Source: a virus (Duplodnaviria; Caudoviricetes). Taken from it: 62,165 bases of DNA. Positions 1-8,863 of this stretch are shown in pieces. Position 1 is the stretch's first letter, and each line of letters starts with the position of its first letter. The translations under genes and the position numbers were made by a program. The DNA lies in the IMG/VR virus record IMGVR_UViG_3300002307_000058, positions 1 through 62,165 of that record; one strand, given 5' to 3'. The notes beneath the pieces are model-generated. The model was not told where the DNA came from. It did not search any database and saw only the letters and a list, made by a program, of their open reading frames with translations.

Positions 1-145
1 CCCCCCCATATAAAAGTAGGATTATTATTAGTTACAAAAGGACCCCGGAAAACAAAAATGGATTAACCACCACAAAACGGCCCGGTAGACCAACCCCCTT
101 GGCTTGGGTTATTCTGTCGCTCGCGAGACCTGCAACGGGCAAACC

Positions 146-616
146 ATGGCGACTCCACGCAAACCTCCTGAGACCCATCTGAAAAAGGGACCCAAGTCCT
201 CCTATCGCGAGAGCGTCGCGGCTGAGTTTCTCAACCGGCTCTCACAGGGGGAAACGATGACGGCCATTTGCCGGGACGAGGGCATGCCGGGACGGACCAC
301 GATCTACGACTGGGAGAGAGACATCCCCGGTTTTGCCGAACGGGTCGCACGCGCCAAATCTATTGGCTTCGACGCCATGGCTGAAGAGTGCCTTGACATC
401 GCCGATGACACCTCAAACGACTTCGCCAGCCGCGAACTCAAGAACGGGACGGTCGTCGAGACCTTCAACAACGAGCACGTCCAGAGGTCCAAGCTCCGGA
501 TCGAAACGCGCCTGAAACTCCTGTCCAAGTGGGACCGCAACCGCTACGGCGATCAGGTGTCCAAGGCCGACGACAACTCGCTGGACCTGAACATTACCGG
601 GGGCTTGCCCGAGTGA
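146..616 (+). CDS. terS: Terminase small subunit (Sf6 gp1-like)
   Basis: N-terminal HTH (GETMTAICRDEGMPGRTTIYDW) and VQRSKLRIETRLKLLSKW...YGD motif; GTGA overlap with terL; ATG 146 preferred over TTG 104. Confidence 0.9.
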   Translation: MATPRKPPETHLKKGPKSSYRESVAAEFLNRLSQGETMTAICRDEGMPGRTTIYDWERDIPGFAERVARAKSIGFDAMAEECLDIADDTSNDFASRELKNGTVVETFNNEHVQRSKLRIETRLKLLSKWDRNRYGDQVSKADDNSLDLNITGGLPE

Positions 617-1974
617 CCAAGGTCACGGTTTCACTGCCGGTGTTACACGACGACCAGATCCGGGCCTATCAGCTAAAGAAAGACAGAAGGGGCGGGGACT
701 GGGACCGCAACGCTGGGGGACGCTTCAAGGCCGTCCGCTGCGGGCGACGCTGGGGCAAGACCATGTTCGACGAAACGTGGATCTGCTCCGCAGCGGCCAG
801 AGGTCTTCTGGGCGGCTGGTTCGCCCCGGACTACAAGACCCTGTCCGAGGCCTATGCCGAGATCTACGACATCCTTGAGCCGATCATCAAGACGTCCTCG
901 AAGAACGAGGGCGTGATCCGGACCAAGACCGGCGGGCGCATCGACTTCTGGACACTCGAAAACGAGCGGGCCGGGCGCTCCCGGAAATATCACCGCTCGG
1001 TCATCGACGAGGCGGCGTTCACCAAATCCAACATGTTGGACATCTGGGAACGGTCGATCAAGCCGACCCTGCTCGACTATCAGGGCCAGTGCCTTGTGAC
1101 CTCCAACACCAACGGCGTGGATCCGGAAAACTTCTTCTGGCAAATCTGCAACGAGCCCAAGCACGGCTTCATTGAATATCACGCCCCAAGTTGGAACAAC
1201 CCCACGATTCCGTCCCGGCTCCCCGGCGAGACCGAAGAGGAGTGGATCCCCCGGCGTCAGGCGATCTTCGACGATCTCCGGGCGCGAGAACTTCCCATGG
1301 TCTTTGCGCAGGAATACGCAGCAGAGTTCGTGGACTGGTCAGGAGTGGCCTTTTTCGATCTGGGCAAGTGGTTGGTCGACGGACACCCGGTCGAGGCTCC
1401 AGCACACTGCGACGCGATCTTCGCCGTGATCGACACGGCCTCGAAGACCGGGACCAACAACGATGGGACGGGTGTCCTCTGGTGTGCGCGCAACCAGTAT
1501 GTGGGGACGCCCCTGATCCTGCTCGACTACGACATTCGCCAGATCGAGGGCGCGTCGCTGGAAGACTGGCTTCCGTCTGTGCAGCAACGGGGCGAGGAAC
1601 TGGCGGCTCAGTGCGGAGCCCGGCGGGGCTTTGTCGGATCCTTCATTGAAGACAAGTCGAGCGGCATCATCCTGATCCAGCAGGCGCGCAAGCGCCGCCT
1701 TGCGGTCCACGCCATTGACTCCAAGCTGACGGCAATGGGGAAGGACGAGCGGGCCATCTCTGTTTCGGGATATTTCCACCGGGGAGAGGTTAAACTTGCT
1801 CGCTACGCCTACGACAAGGTTTTCATGTATAAGGGAACCACAAGGAACCACTTGGTCAGCCAAGTGACGTCTTTCCGGATCGGGGACAAGGACGCTGCTC
1901 GTCGCGCAGATGACCTTCTCGACTGCTTCTGTTATGCTATCGCCCTGTCCTTGGGGGACAGGTCCGGTTTTTGA
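613..1974 (+). CDS. terL: Terminase large subunit
   Basis: Walker A CGRRWGKT, Walker B VIDEAA, nuclease acidic motifs IDTA..D and DDLLD; GTG start overlapping terS stop. Confidence 0.95.
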   Translation: MTKVTVSLPVLHDDQIRAYQLKKDRRGGDWDRNAGGRFKAVRCGRRWGKTMFDETWICSAAARGLLGGWFAPDYKTLSEAYAEIYDILEPIIKTSSKNEGVIRTKTGGRIDFWTLENERAGRSRKYHRSVIDEAAFTKSNMLDIWERSIKPTLLDYQGQCLVTSNTNGVDPENFFWQICNEPKHGFIEYHAPSWNNPTIPSRLPGETEEEWIPRRQAIFDDLRARELPMVFAQEYAAEFVDWSGVAFFDLGKWLVDGHPVEAPAHCDAIFAVIDTASKTGTNNDGTGVLWCARNQYVGTPLILLDYDIRQIEGASLEDWLPSVQQRGEELAAQCGARRGFVGSFIEDKSSGIILIQQARKRRLAVHAIDSKLTAMGKDERAISVSGYFHRGEVKLARYAYDKVFMYKGTTRNHLVSQVTSFRIGDKDAARRADDLLDCFCYAIALSLGDRSGF

Positions 1975-2813
1975 TCACGACTACGCGAAACGGCCAAATG
2001 AACGATTTCTATGTTTATGCCCTCGTAAGGCTCTCAGACAACCGCCCTTGCTACATCGGCAAAGGTCGTGGGGACCGAGTGCATCGACACAACCTCATGG
2101 GTGAAAATCACCCCAACCAACATCTGGCGAGAATTTACCGCAAAGACGCTTCGCCTCTGGAGCACGAGATCGTTTGTGCGAATCTCTCCGAGCGACAAGC
2201 GTTTGACCTTGAGCGGGACTTGATCTTCCTCATTGGTCGCACGAGCAAAGGCCTTGGCCCGCTTTGCAACATGACAGACGGCGGAGAGGGAACCTCTGGA
2301 TTCGTTCCGGCGTTCACGGAGGAGCATCGGAAGAAGATCGCCCTTTCCAAGCGTGGAATTCCACGCTCTGAAGAATGCAAAAAAAAATTGAGCGAAAGTG
2401 GAAAAGGCAAGCGCCCCTCTCCAGAGGCAATCCAGAAGATTGTTGCTGCGAACACGGGGAGGAAAAGATCGGTGGAGTTTGGTTTGGCGATCAGCGCCAG
2501 ACAAAAAGGCCGCGCTCTCTCTCAAGAAACAAAGGACAAGATTGGGTCGGCAAATCGCGGGCGCTCTCCCTCCGAAGAAACTAGGGCAAAACTGAGCGCG
2601 GCGAGCAAAGGCCGAAAGTATCCCGACGAGATCAAGGAAACCTTTTCCGCCGCCGCTAAAGAGCGGGCCAATCGTCCACAAGAGCGCCTTAAGTCGAGTC
2701 AAAGAAACAAAGGCCGAGTTCACACGCCCGAATCCAGACAACGAATGAGCGAAGGCCGACTTCGCGCTGCCGAAGCAAGACGCTTGGCTAGAAATATCGA
2801 GGAAAGTCCATGA
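1971..2813 (+). CDS. Free-standing GIY-YIG homing endonuclease with NUMOD3 repeats
   Basis: FYVYAL...YIGKG..R, NMTDGGEG, then repeated S.E.(R/K).K(I/L)S...KG units; lower GC than flanks; start may be ATG 1998. Confidence 0.88.
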   Translation: MITTTRNGQMNDFYVYALVRLSDNRPCYIGKGRGDRVHRHNLMGENHPNQHLARIYRKDASPLEHEIVCANLSERQAFDLERDLIFLIGRTSKGLGPLCNMTDGGEGTSGFVPAFTEEHRKKIALSKRGIPRSEECKKKLSESGKGKRPSPEAIQKIVAANTGRKRSVEFGLAISARQKGRALSQETKDKIGSANRGRSPSEETRAKLSAASKGRKYPDEIKETFSAAAKERANRPQERLKSSQRNKGRVHTPESRQRMSEGRLRAAEARRLARNIEESP

Positions 2814-4282
2814 CTTCGACCTTGCAGATCAACGGCGCGACCACGGGCAACGCTCTTCAGACCCTGCTTGTCGCTCCGGACATACAGCCCGGAGACGAGG
2901 TAAGTTATCAACTCTGCAAGGAAATTTATGCGTGGCACCCCATGGGTGCAAAACTGGCCGACTTCCCCATCGCCATGGCCCAGTTCAAACCTCGCAAGAT
3001 CGCCGTCCCGGACGGCCCGGAGGACGTTCTGGTCGAGGCTTTCGAGCGCGAATGGAAGGCCTGCGACGCTTCCCGCGTGATCTTCAACGTGGCGCGTCTG
3101 GCTCGGGTCTATGGGGTCTCGACGCTGGCCCTGCTGGTCGAGGGCGTGCAGGCCGGATCCCCGGTCAACTTTGAAGAACTGGCAGGCAAGAAGATCGCCT
3201 TCAACGTCTTCGACCCGCTCAACACCGCCGGATCACTGGTGCTCAATCAGGATCCGAACGCCTTCGACTTTCAGAAGTCGGACGGCGTCACTGTGCAAGG
3301 GGTGGAATATCACCCATCCCGGACGGTGACGATCATGAACGAAGATCCGATCTATATTGGCTACACCCAATCGGCCTTTGGATACGTTGGCCGCTCGGTC
3401 TACCAGCGGGCGCTCTATCCCCTGAAGTCGTTCATCAACACTCAGATCACCAACGACATGATCGCCCTGAAGGCCGGTGTTTTGATCGCCACCTTGGACC
3501 AGCAATCGTCCGCTGTGGACAAACTCATGGCCAACATTGCAGGCCAGAAGCGGGACATGGTCAAGGGGGCCTCGGTCGGCAACGTGATCTCCATCGCCGT
3601 GGGCGAGGACATCCAGAGCCTGAACCTCCAGAACCTTGACGGCGCGTTCGGCATGGCGCGCAAGAACATTATCGAGGACATCGCCACCGCCGCCGGGACG
3701 CCGTCCAAGCTCCTCCTCTCCGAGACCTTCGCGGAGGGCTTCGGCGAGGGGACGGAGGACGCAAAGCACGTCGCCCAATATATCCAAGGCCTGCGCGAGT
3801 GGATGCAAGACCTATACGACTTCATGGACACCATCGTCCAATATCGGGCGTGGAACCCGGAGTTCTACGAAACGATCCAAGCTCGGTTCCCCGAGGAATA
3901 CGGCAAGAAGGACTACAAGCAGGCCTTCTATGCGTGGCGAAACGGCTTCAAGGCCGAATGGCCACCGCTCCTCGAAGAGCCCGACAGCGAGAAGATCAAG
4001 GTCGACGAGGCCAAGATGGAGGCGACGATCTCAATGGTCGAGGTCCTGCTTCCCCAGATGGATCCGGAGAACAAGGTCCGTGTGATCCAGTGGGCCTGCG
4101 ACAATTTCAATTCCCTGAAGCTCCTGTTTGATTCGCCGCTCGAACTGGACTGGCAGGCGCTTGAAAACTACGAACCGCCCCAGCCCGAAGAGCCGCCGGG
4201 CGAGCCAGCGCCCCCCAAGCCCAAGGCTTTGACCGACGCCGTCCGCGCCGCCCGCAAGAGGACAACCCGCCGTGAAGGTTGA
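2810..4282 (+). CDS. Portal protein (DUF1073-type)
   Basis: 490 aa after terminase; ARVYG, YHPSR, GRSVY and AAGTP.KLL....GF..GTED motifs. Confidence 0.88.
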   Translation: MTSTLQINGATTGNALQTLLVAPDIQPGDEVSYQLCKEIYAWHPMGAKLADFPIAMAQFKPRKIAVPDGPEDVLVEAFEREWKACDASRVIFNVARLARVYGVSTLALLVEGVQAGSPVNFEELAGKKIAFNVFDPLNTAGSLVLNQDPNAFDFQKSDGVTVQGVEYHPSRTVTIMNEDPIYIGYTQSAFGYVGRSVYQRALYPLKSFINTQITNDMIALKAGVLIATLDQQSSAVDKLMANIAGQKRDMVKGASVGNVISIAVGEDIQSLNLQNLDGAFGMARKNIIEDIATAAGTPSKLLLSETFAEGFGEGTEDAKHVAQYIQGLREWMQDLYDFMDTIVQYRAWNPEFYETIQARFPEEYGKKDYKQAFYAWRNGFKAEWPPLLEEPDSEKIKVDEAKMEATISMVEVLLPQMDPENKVRVIQWACDNFNSLKLLFDSPLELDWQALENYEPPQPEEPPGEPAPPKPKALTDAVRAARKRTTRREG

Positions 4283-5582
4283 TCACATTCTCTCGACCCT
4301 GTCTGGCGTCGAGCGCCGCCTGTCGCGATTGGAGAAGGCCAAGGGCCTTGACCCTGCATCGAAGCTAGACCGGGCTCTGCGCATTGCTGACAGCCTTGAT
4401 CAGCGCCTTAACCGCCTGACCAGAACCCAGCGCCTGCGGTTCGCGGACGCCGACTTCCGGGAAGAGGACCACCCGCGCGCGGCCAATGGCCAGTTTGGGT
4501 CTGGCGGAGGTGGTGCGTCCAAGAGCGAGACCAAGGACAAACCCAAGGCGTCTGCCAACTCCGACGTGGGCATTGGCGTTTCGACCGTGATCGACGGCAA
4601 GAAGGTCTCCGGGGAGGTCGTCGACTCCACCGCCGACACGGCCACGATTCGGACCTCTGACGGCAAGACCCACACGGCCCCATGGAAACAGGTCTCCGGC
4701 GGCTACCACCGGGGAAGCGACTACATTCCCGCAGCCCAGTTCGACGCCGCCTCGTTCGCAAAGAGCCATGACAGGCAAGACGTGACCCCTGCCCAGATCC
4801 TCAGTCATTTCCCGTCCGACACTGAGGCCAAGATGGGCGAGACCATCGCCAAGCTGGACAAGATCAAGCCGACCAACGAGCGATACAAGGACGCCGCCGG
4901 GAACTACACCCCGGAACGTCAGGCGCTCCACAACAAGATCCTGCTGGAGGGGATCACCGCCGAGGTGATGAACGAGGACACGGGCAAGAAGGAGAAGCGG
5001 TTCTTCCCCGGCATCCTTTCCCCCGAGGCCGTCGAGCGGGCGCGCCCGAAGGACGGCGAAAAGCCACGGTTCACGATCCTTGGCGGGCGGGGCGGATCCG
5101 GCAAGTCGTGGTTCACGAAGTCCGGCATGGTCGACAGTGAGACGAATCTTGTCCTCGACGCCGATCACATCAAGAGCCTCCTTCCGGAATATGACGGCTG
5201 GAACGCAGCCGAGGTCCACGAGGAGTCGTCTGACATCTTCGAGATGATCACCGAGTTCGCCCACGCACAGGGCCTGAACCTCGTCCACGACGCCACGATG
5301 AAGACGCCGGAGAAGGCGGTCAAGCTGGCGAAGAAGTTCAAGGACTCGGGCTACACCCTCGAATCCCACTACATGCACCTGCCGCGAGACGAAGCGGCCA
5401 AGCGGGCCGTGGGGCGCTATCTGGGGCCGACGAACCGGCTGGTTCCGCCGGAGATCGTCTTGTCCAACACCCAGAACGAAAAGGCCTTCGACGAGGTCCG
5501 CAAGCTGGCGGACAAGTGGTCGTTCCGCGACAACAACGTCCAGAAGGGCAGGCCCCCGCGCCTGATCTCCGAGTCCGAATAG
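4272..5582 (+). CDS. Zeta-toxin-like P-loop kinase with N-terminal coiled-coil repeats and EEDHPR..NGQFG motif
   Basis: GGRGGSGKS Walker A, LDADHIK, HEESS, VHDAT, RAVGR...R.VP motifs typical of Zeta/PezT family. Confidence 0.8.
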   Translation: MKVDHILSTLSGVERRLSRLEKAKGLDPASKLDRALRIADSLDQRLNRLTRTQRLRFADADFREEDHPRAANGQFGSGGGGASKSETKDKPKASANSDVGIGVSTVIDGKKVSGEVVDSTADTATIRTSDGKTHTAPWKQVSGGYHRGSDYIPAAQFDAASFAKSHDRQDVTPAQILSHFPSDTEAKMGETIAKLDKIKPTNERYKDAAGNYTPERQALHNKILLEGITAEVMNEDTGKKEKRFFPGILSPEAVERARPKDGEKPRFTILGGRGGSGKSWFTKSGMVDSETNLVLDADHIKSLLPEYDGWNAAEVHEESSDIFEMITEFAHAQGLNLVHDATMKTPEKAVKLAKKFKDSGYTLESHYMHLPRDEAAKRAVGRYLGPTNRLVPPEIVLSNTQNEKAFDEVRKLADKWSFRDNNVQKGRPPRLISESE

Positions 5583-5583
5583 C

Positions 5584-5616
5584 AAAAAGGGAGGCCTAGG
5601 CCTCCCCTTCCTTTTT
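5584..5616. terminator. Bidirectional intrinsic terminator
   Basis: Perfect palindrome GGGAGGCCTAGGCCTCCC (5589-5606) flanked by A5 and T5 tracts between convergent genes. Confidence 0.75.
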
Positions 5617-5769
5617 GGCCTTGTCGGCCCGTTTCGACGCAAACGCCTGTTTCAGCGATTCCGGCCAGCCGTCCGGGGGCGTCCAGTTATCGGAGGGCGG
5701 GGACACGCAGTCCATGTCCTCCATCAGCGCCGGGTTGCTGGAGCCCGGCCACTTCTTGTCTTCCGCCAT
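5596..5769 (-). CDS. Small hypothetical protein (57 aa)
   Basis: GAGGGAG RBS before ATG 5769; last gene of the minus-strand island. Confidence 0.6.
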   Translation of the reverse strand: MAEDKKWPGSSNPALMEDMDCVSPPSDNWTPPDGWPESLKQAFASKRADKAKKEGEA

Positions 5770-5782
5770 GGGCGGGTCTCCC

Positions 5783-5974
5783 TCAAGTTTCGGGTGGCGA
5801 ATTGTCCTCCTTTTGGCTGGCGGCTTCAAGCCCCATGGCAAGAAGAGCGTGGATCTTGTCGACTCGCGTCGCGGGCCCCGGCCAAGCGTCGAGCTTGGCG
5901 AGGATCTCGGGACGGAAGCGCACGAGGATGGGCTTCCAGTTGGTCTTGGGTCTGGCCACGGGTTTAGTCTCCAT
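5783..5974 (-). CDS. Ribbon-helix-helix DNA-binding protein
   Basis: PILVRF strand, then PEILAKLDAW and TRVDKIHALLAMGL helices. Confidence 0.65.
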   Translation of the reverse strand: METKPVARPKTNWKPILVRFRPEILAKLDAWPGPATRVDKIHALLAMGLEAASQKEDNSPPET

Positions 5975-6203
5975 ATCCGATCTTGAGGGGTGCAACCTTG
6001 GCCGCGTAATCTTCGGCTTCAGCCTTGGTGGCCCAAGGCTGGCGACCAATGCCAACTTGGCCGGTGTGCGGGTTGCGGACGGTCCAGCCGCGCTGGACGA
6101 TCTCCCAGCCCTCGCCCGCAGGCAATGCGCCGTAGATCGAGGCGGTGCGCCCGGTGGACTCTTGGAGCCAATGGCGGCTCTCGATCACTTCAAACTTGGC
6201 CAT
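5964..6203 (-). CDS. Hypothetical protein (79 aa)
   Basis: GGAG RBS, coupled to neighbours. Confidence 0.7.
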   Translation of the reverse strand: MAKFEVIESRHWLQESTGRTASIYGALPAGEGWEIVQRGWTVRNPHTGQVGIGRQPWATKAEAEDYAAKVAPLKIGYGD

Positions 6204-6433
6204 CAGGCGCTCTCCAGCTTCAATTGAGAAAGGACTGCCTCGACAACGCGAGGTGCGTGGACCATTTTCCCCATCTGGTAGGGGTGGCAGATCACGATCC
6301 GGAACTTTTCCCCGGACCAGACTTTGATCCAGTCGTATGCGGCCCCAGACGCGAGCCAGATCGAGCCCATTGCGGCCTCGCCCTTGACGTCGCGGTGAAA
6401 AACGAGGAACTTGGAAACTTCAAACTTGGCCAT
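6203..6433 (-). CDS. Hypothetical protein
   Basis: GAGGAGG RBS downstream of a sigma70-type promoter; starts MAKFEV like the next gene. Confidence 0.65.
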   Translation of the reverse strand: MAKFEVSKFLVFHRDVKGEAAMGSIWLASGAAYDWIKVWSGEKFRIVICHPYQMGKMVHAPRVVEAVLSQLKLESA

Positions 6434-6462
6434 CTCGGCCTCCTCTCTCAAAACCTACGATC

Positions 6463-6491
6463 AAGATATCCCGCATCATGACCCGCGTCAA
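6463..6491 (-). promoter_or_regulatory. Sigma70-type promoter
   Basis: TTGACG-N17-TATCTT on minus strand, followed by a leader with GAGGAGG. Confidence 0.75.
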
Positions 6492-6504
6492 TAGCAGATA
6501 TCGT

Positions 6505-6714
6505 TTATTTCCGAAGATCCTCGATCCAGAGAAGGGACAAGTCTCGATCGCCCCATTCTCGCCAAAGGTATTGCATCCGAAGATGCGGGCGGTCCGCCAT
6601 GTAGCGCCGGGCGTCGGCTTCCGAGTCAAAAAAGATGTGCTTCGGGCTGGGGACCTGCGTCGCGGATCCTGTGCAGATCCCCTGCGAATGATCAATGACC
6701 TCATGAATCTTCAT
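6505..6714 (-). CDS. Hypothetical protein
   Basis: ATGA-coupled to upstream gene. Confidence 0.55.
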   Translation of the reverse strand: MKIHEVIDHSQGICTGSATQVPSPKHIFFDSEADARRYMADRPHLRMQYLWREWGDRDLSLLWIEDLRK

Positions 6715-6890
6715 GCTTGGGCCACAAACGTCAGGGTTCCGATCTGGGAGACAATGCCCAAGACCGTCCACGCCTCGGCTGTGCAGAAGCGCGCACGGGC
6801 CACACAATCCGGGCAGGGACAATCGGGGCGCTCTGCCCACGCATGCCAGTCCTGACCGCACTCTGGACATTTGGCGGTGTGCTTGGTCAT
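6711..6890 (-). CDS. Small Cys-rich (CPEC...CPCPDC) protein
   Basis: AAGGA RBS, ATGA coupling, CxxC pairs. Confidence 0.55.
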   Translation of the reverse strand: MTKHTAKCPECGQDWHAWAERPDCPCPDCVARARFCTAEAWTVLGIVSQIGTLTFVAQA

Positions 6891-7096
6891 GCTGCTTTCC
6901 TTTCCGCGAGCTTGTAGGTGACGGCCCAAGCGAGAGCGTCGAGCTTGCGCATTGCCGCCGGGGAATAGATCAGGATTGAACGACCGGCCAAGTGCGCCGG
7001 GTTGCGGCTCTCTGGTGCGCTCTCGACTTCAATCCGCAAGGCGTTCAGTTCCTCGAAGCTGTAGGCGTCGGCCAAGTTTCCAAGACTTCCAACCAA
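6887..7096 (-). CDS. Hypothetical protein (start uncertain)
   Basis: Fills the operon gap; the ATGA-coupled ATG at 7121 is out of frame. Confidence 0.45.
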   Translation of the reverse strand: MVGSLGNLADAYSFEELNALRIEVESAPESRNPAHLAGRSILIYSPAAMRKLDALAWAVTYKLAERKAA

Positions 7097-7117
7097 GAAC
7101 GGGCAAGCTGTGCTTGA

Positions 7118-7399
7118 TCATGCGAGCGCCTCCACTTCATGTTTCCCAAGGACCATCCAGAAGGGCAGGGCCTCGGCCCCCTCTTCCTTCAAACGGAAAC
7201 ACCACGCCCCCTTGGCGCAGAACTCGGCGACCCAGTGGGAGGCCAGAACCTTGGCGTGCTCCTCGCTTTCCGCGTGGGCCGCGATCCATTCGCCGCTGCG
7301 AAGCTGGAGCGCGACAAAGTGCCTAAGCCCCCAGCCGTAGGCGGATTTCGCTTGCTCGCGAACTTCCGCCATCAAGAGTTCCAGACTTTTGTGAGCCAT
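7118..7399 (-). CDS. Hypothetical protein (93 aa)
   Basis: ORF downstream of promoter at about 7450-7477. Confidence 0.6.
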   Translation of the reverse strand: MAHKSLELLMAEVREQAKSAYGWGLRHFVALQLRSGEWIAAHAESEEHAKVLASHWVAEFCAKGAWCFRLKEEGAEALPFWMVLGKHEVEALA

Positions 7400-7449
7400 C
7401 TCGGCTACCCCGCCTGCCCGGATCCGGATTGACCCGAGGAGGCAATTTC

Positions 7450-7477
7450 ATTCTAGGGGATATCCCCACAAGTGCAA
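7450..7477 (-). promoter_or_regulatory. Sigma70-type promoter with palindromic spacer GGGGATATCCCC
   Basis: TTGCAC-N16-TAGAAT; 12-bp perfect palindrome at 7456-7467. Confidence 0.65.
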
Positions 7478-7491
7478 GCAATTTCTTTGTT

Positions 7492-8046
7492 TCAGTAGTA
7501 TTCGGAGAAGTGAGAACCCTCCCCGGCGGCGCAAGGGTAAGCCCTCGCGTAGAAGGCGATCTTGAAGGACCCGTGGCTGATCTGCTTGACCATCGGCTCG
7601 CCTATGAACTTGCCGGGGACCGGGTAAGCCTTGCCCTGCATGGCGTGGCTATATTCCCGCTCGGCGGCGATCTTGCGAACCTTGACGCTCCGGACGCCGA
7701 CCAGTTCGACGACCTCGTAATAGTCCACTTGGGTCTGCTCGTAACCCCAAGAGCAACGGAACAACTGGCCGACCTTGAAGCCGTGGGGCTTGGCCAGTTC
7801 GGCCTTTTCCTTGGCTTTCTTCTCCGCCTTGCAAGCCTCGATGGCGGCGACGTGGGCGAAGAACTCTTTCGCCTTGGCCTCGCGCCGTTCGGGGCTCTTG
7901 AACTTCAGCCACCAGACGGGCTTGGCGGACTTGCCGCTGTAGGCGATGGCGCAGGCCTGACCGCAAACCTCGTAGGCGTGGATCTCGGCGCTGGACGCCT
8001 TGGCCTTGACGATCACGGAACCTTCGGGGGAGAAACGCTGCAACAT
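7492..8046 (-). CDS. Hypothetical phage protein (SWGYEQTQVDYY motif)
   Basis: AAGGAG RBS, strong codon bias, own promoter. Confidence 0.8.
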   Translation of the reverse strand: MLQRFSPEGSVIVKAKASSAEIHAYEVCGQACAIAYSGKSAKPVWWLKFKSPERREAKAKEFFAHVAAIEACKAEKKAKEKAELAKPHGFKVGQLFRCSWGYEQTQVDYYEVVELVGVRSVKVRKIAAEREYSHAMQGKAYPVPGKFIGEPMVKQISHGSFKIAFYARAYPCAAGEGSHFSEYY

Positions 8047-8078
8047 GGTGAGAACTCCTTCTCTGAAAACCTGCAATC

Positions 8079-8107
8079 AAGATATCTGCTAAATCGGACG
8101 ACGTCAA
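8079..8107 (-). promoter_or_regulatory. Sigma70-type promoter
   Basis: TTGACG-N17-TATCTT; leader similar to the 6463-6491 promoter. Confidence 0.75.
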
Positions 8108-8122
8108 ACGTTTTGTTTGTTT

Positions 8123-8404
8123 TTATCCCTCGACTTCGACCTCAATCCCTGCCCAGCGCTGCTTGCGATAGCCGCGCAAGGCCTTTTCGCCTTGGACGAG
8201 GCGGTGTTTGACGAAGTAGGACCCGGCCCAAAGCCCCTTGATCTTCTCGGAGAAGGCCTTTTCCGCCTCCTCGATCTCTGCGAGGTTCTTGACCTCGACA
8301 AACTCCCGGCCAAGCGCTCCGGAGAAAGGCGCGTAGTGCACCATCTTGACGCCCGGTTCGCACTCGCTGAACCAGCACTTGAAAGCATAGACTTGGATCT
8401 TCAT
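8123..8404 (-). CDS. Hypothetical protein
   Basis: AGGAGG RBS before ATG 8404. Confidence 0.7.
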   Translation of the reverse strand: MKIQVYAFKCWFSECEPGVKMVHYAPFSGALGREFVEVKNLAEIEEAEKAFSEKIKGLWAGSYFVKHRLVQGEKALRGYRKQRWAGIEVEVEG

Positions 8405-8417
8405 GGGATGCGCCCTC

Positions 8418-8582
8418 CTAGGCGGCAATGGACCGGAGCAGGGCGCTCCGGTGGTGGATCAGGGAACGAGCGGCGGCGGCGACCACGCAGCGGCCTCTGG
8501 CCAAAACCCGCAACTCTGCTAGACTTTTGCGAACCAGCCCGTGGGCCAACTCCGCAGAGAGAATTTCTTGGTGGGAGAACAT
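8418..8582 (-). CDS. Small hypothetical protein
   Basis: GAGGAGG RBS before ATG 8582; promoter TTGCGT-N16-TAAGAT at 8608-8635. Confidence 0.55.
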   Translation of the reverse strand: MFSHQEILSAELAHGLVRKSLAELRVLARGRCVVAAAARSLIHHRSALLRSIAA

Positions 8583-8662
8583 GACAACCTCCTCAAGGGA
8601 CAATTTGATCTTAGAGGATATCTCACAACACGCAAGAACTTTCTTTCTCTTTTTCACACAAA

Positions 8663-8863
8663 ATGACAAGCCGGGAGGATTTCACTTCCGCCGAAGCGGC
8701 CATGCAGGAATTTCTCCTGACGCTGGACCAGTTCCACAAATGCTGCGCGGCGGGCTATTGGTCGCTGGCGCAAGAGATGTCACTCGTGGCCTCGGCCCGG
8801 CTGGAATCGCATCTCGATCTGTTTCTCTCGGGCGCTCGAAAGGTGATCAGCGATGGCGAATGA
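8663..8863 (+). CDS. Hypothetical protein (66 aa)
   Basis: ORF overlapping the start of the MuF gene. Confidence 0.45.
   Translation: MTSREDFTSAEAAMQEFLLTLDQFHKCCAAGYWSLAQEMSLVASARLESHLDLFLSGARKVISDGE

Noticed and set aside
4365-5642. Long antisense ORFs over structural and replication genes (also 12112-13707, 23153-24526, 30023-31348, 48447-49910)
   Set aside because: Expected shadow ORFs of high-GC codon bias with no motifs or RBS, unlike the intein-nested ORFs, which lie in lower-GC DNA and have clear domains
7096-7121. Possible frameshift joining ATG 7121 to the 6887-7096 ORF
   Set aside because: Cannot distinguish mutation, sequencing error or a TTG start without homologues
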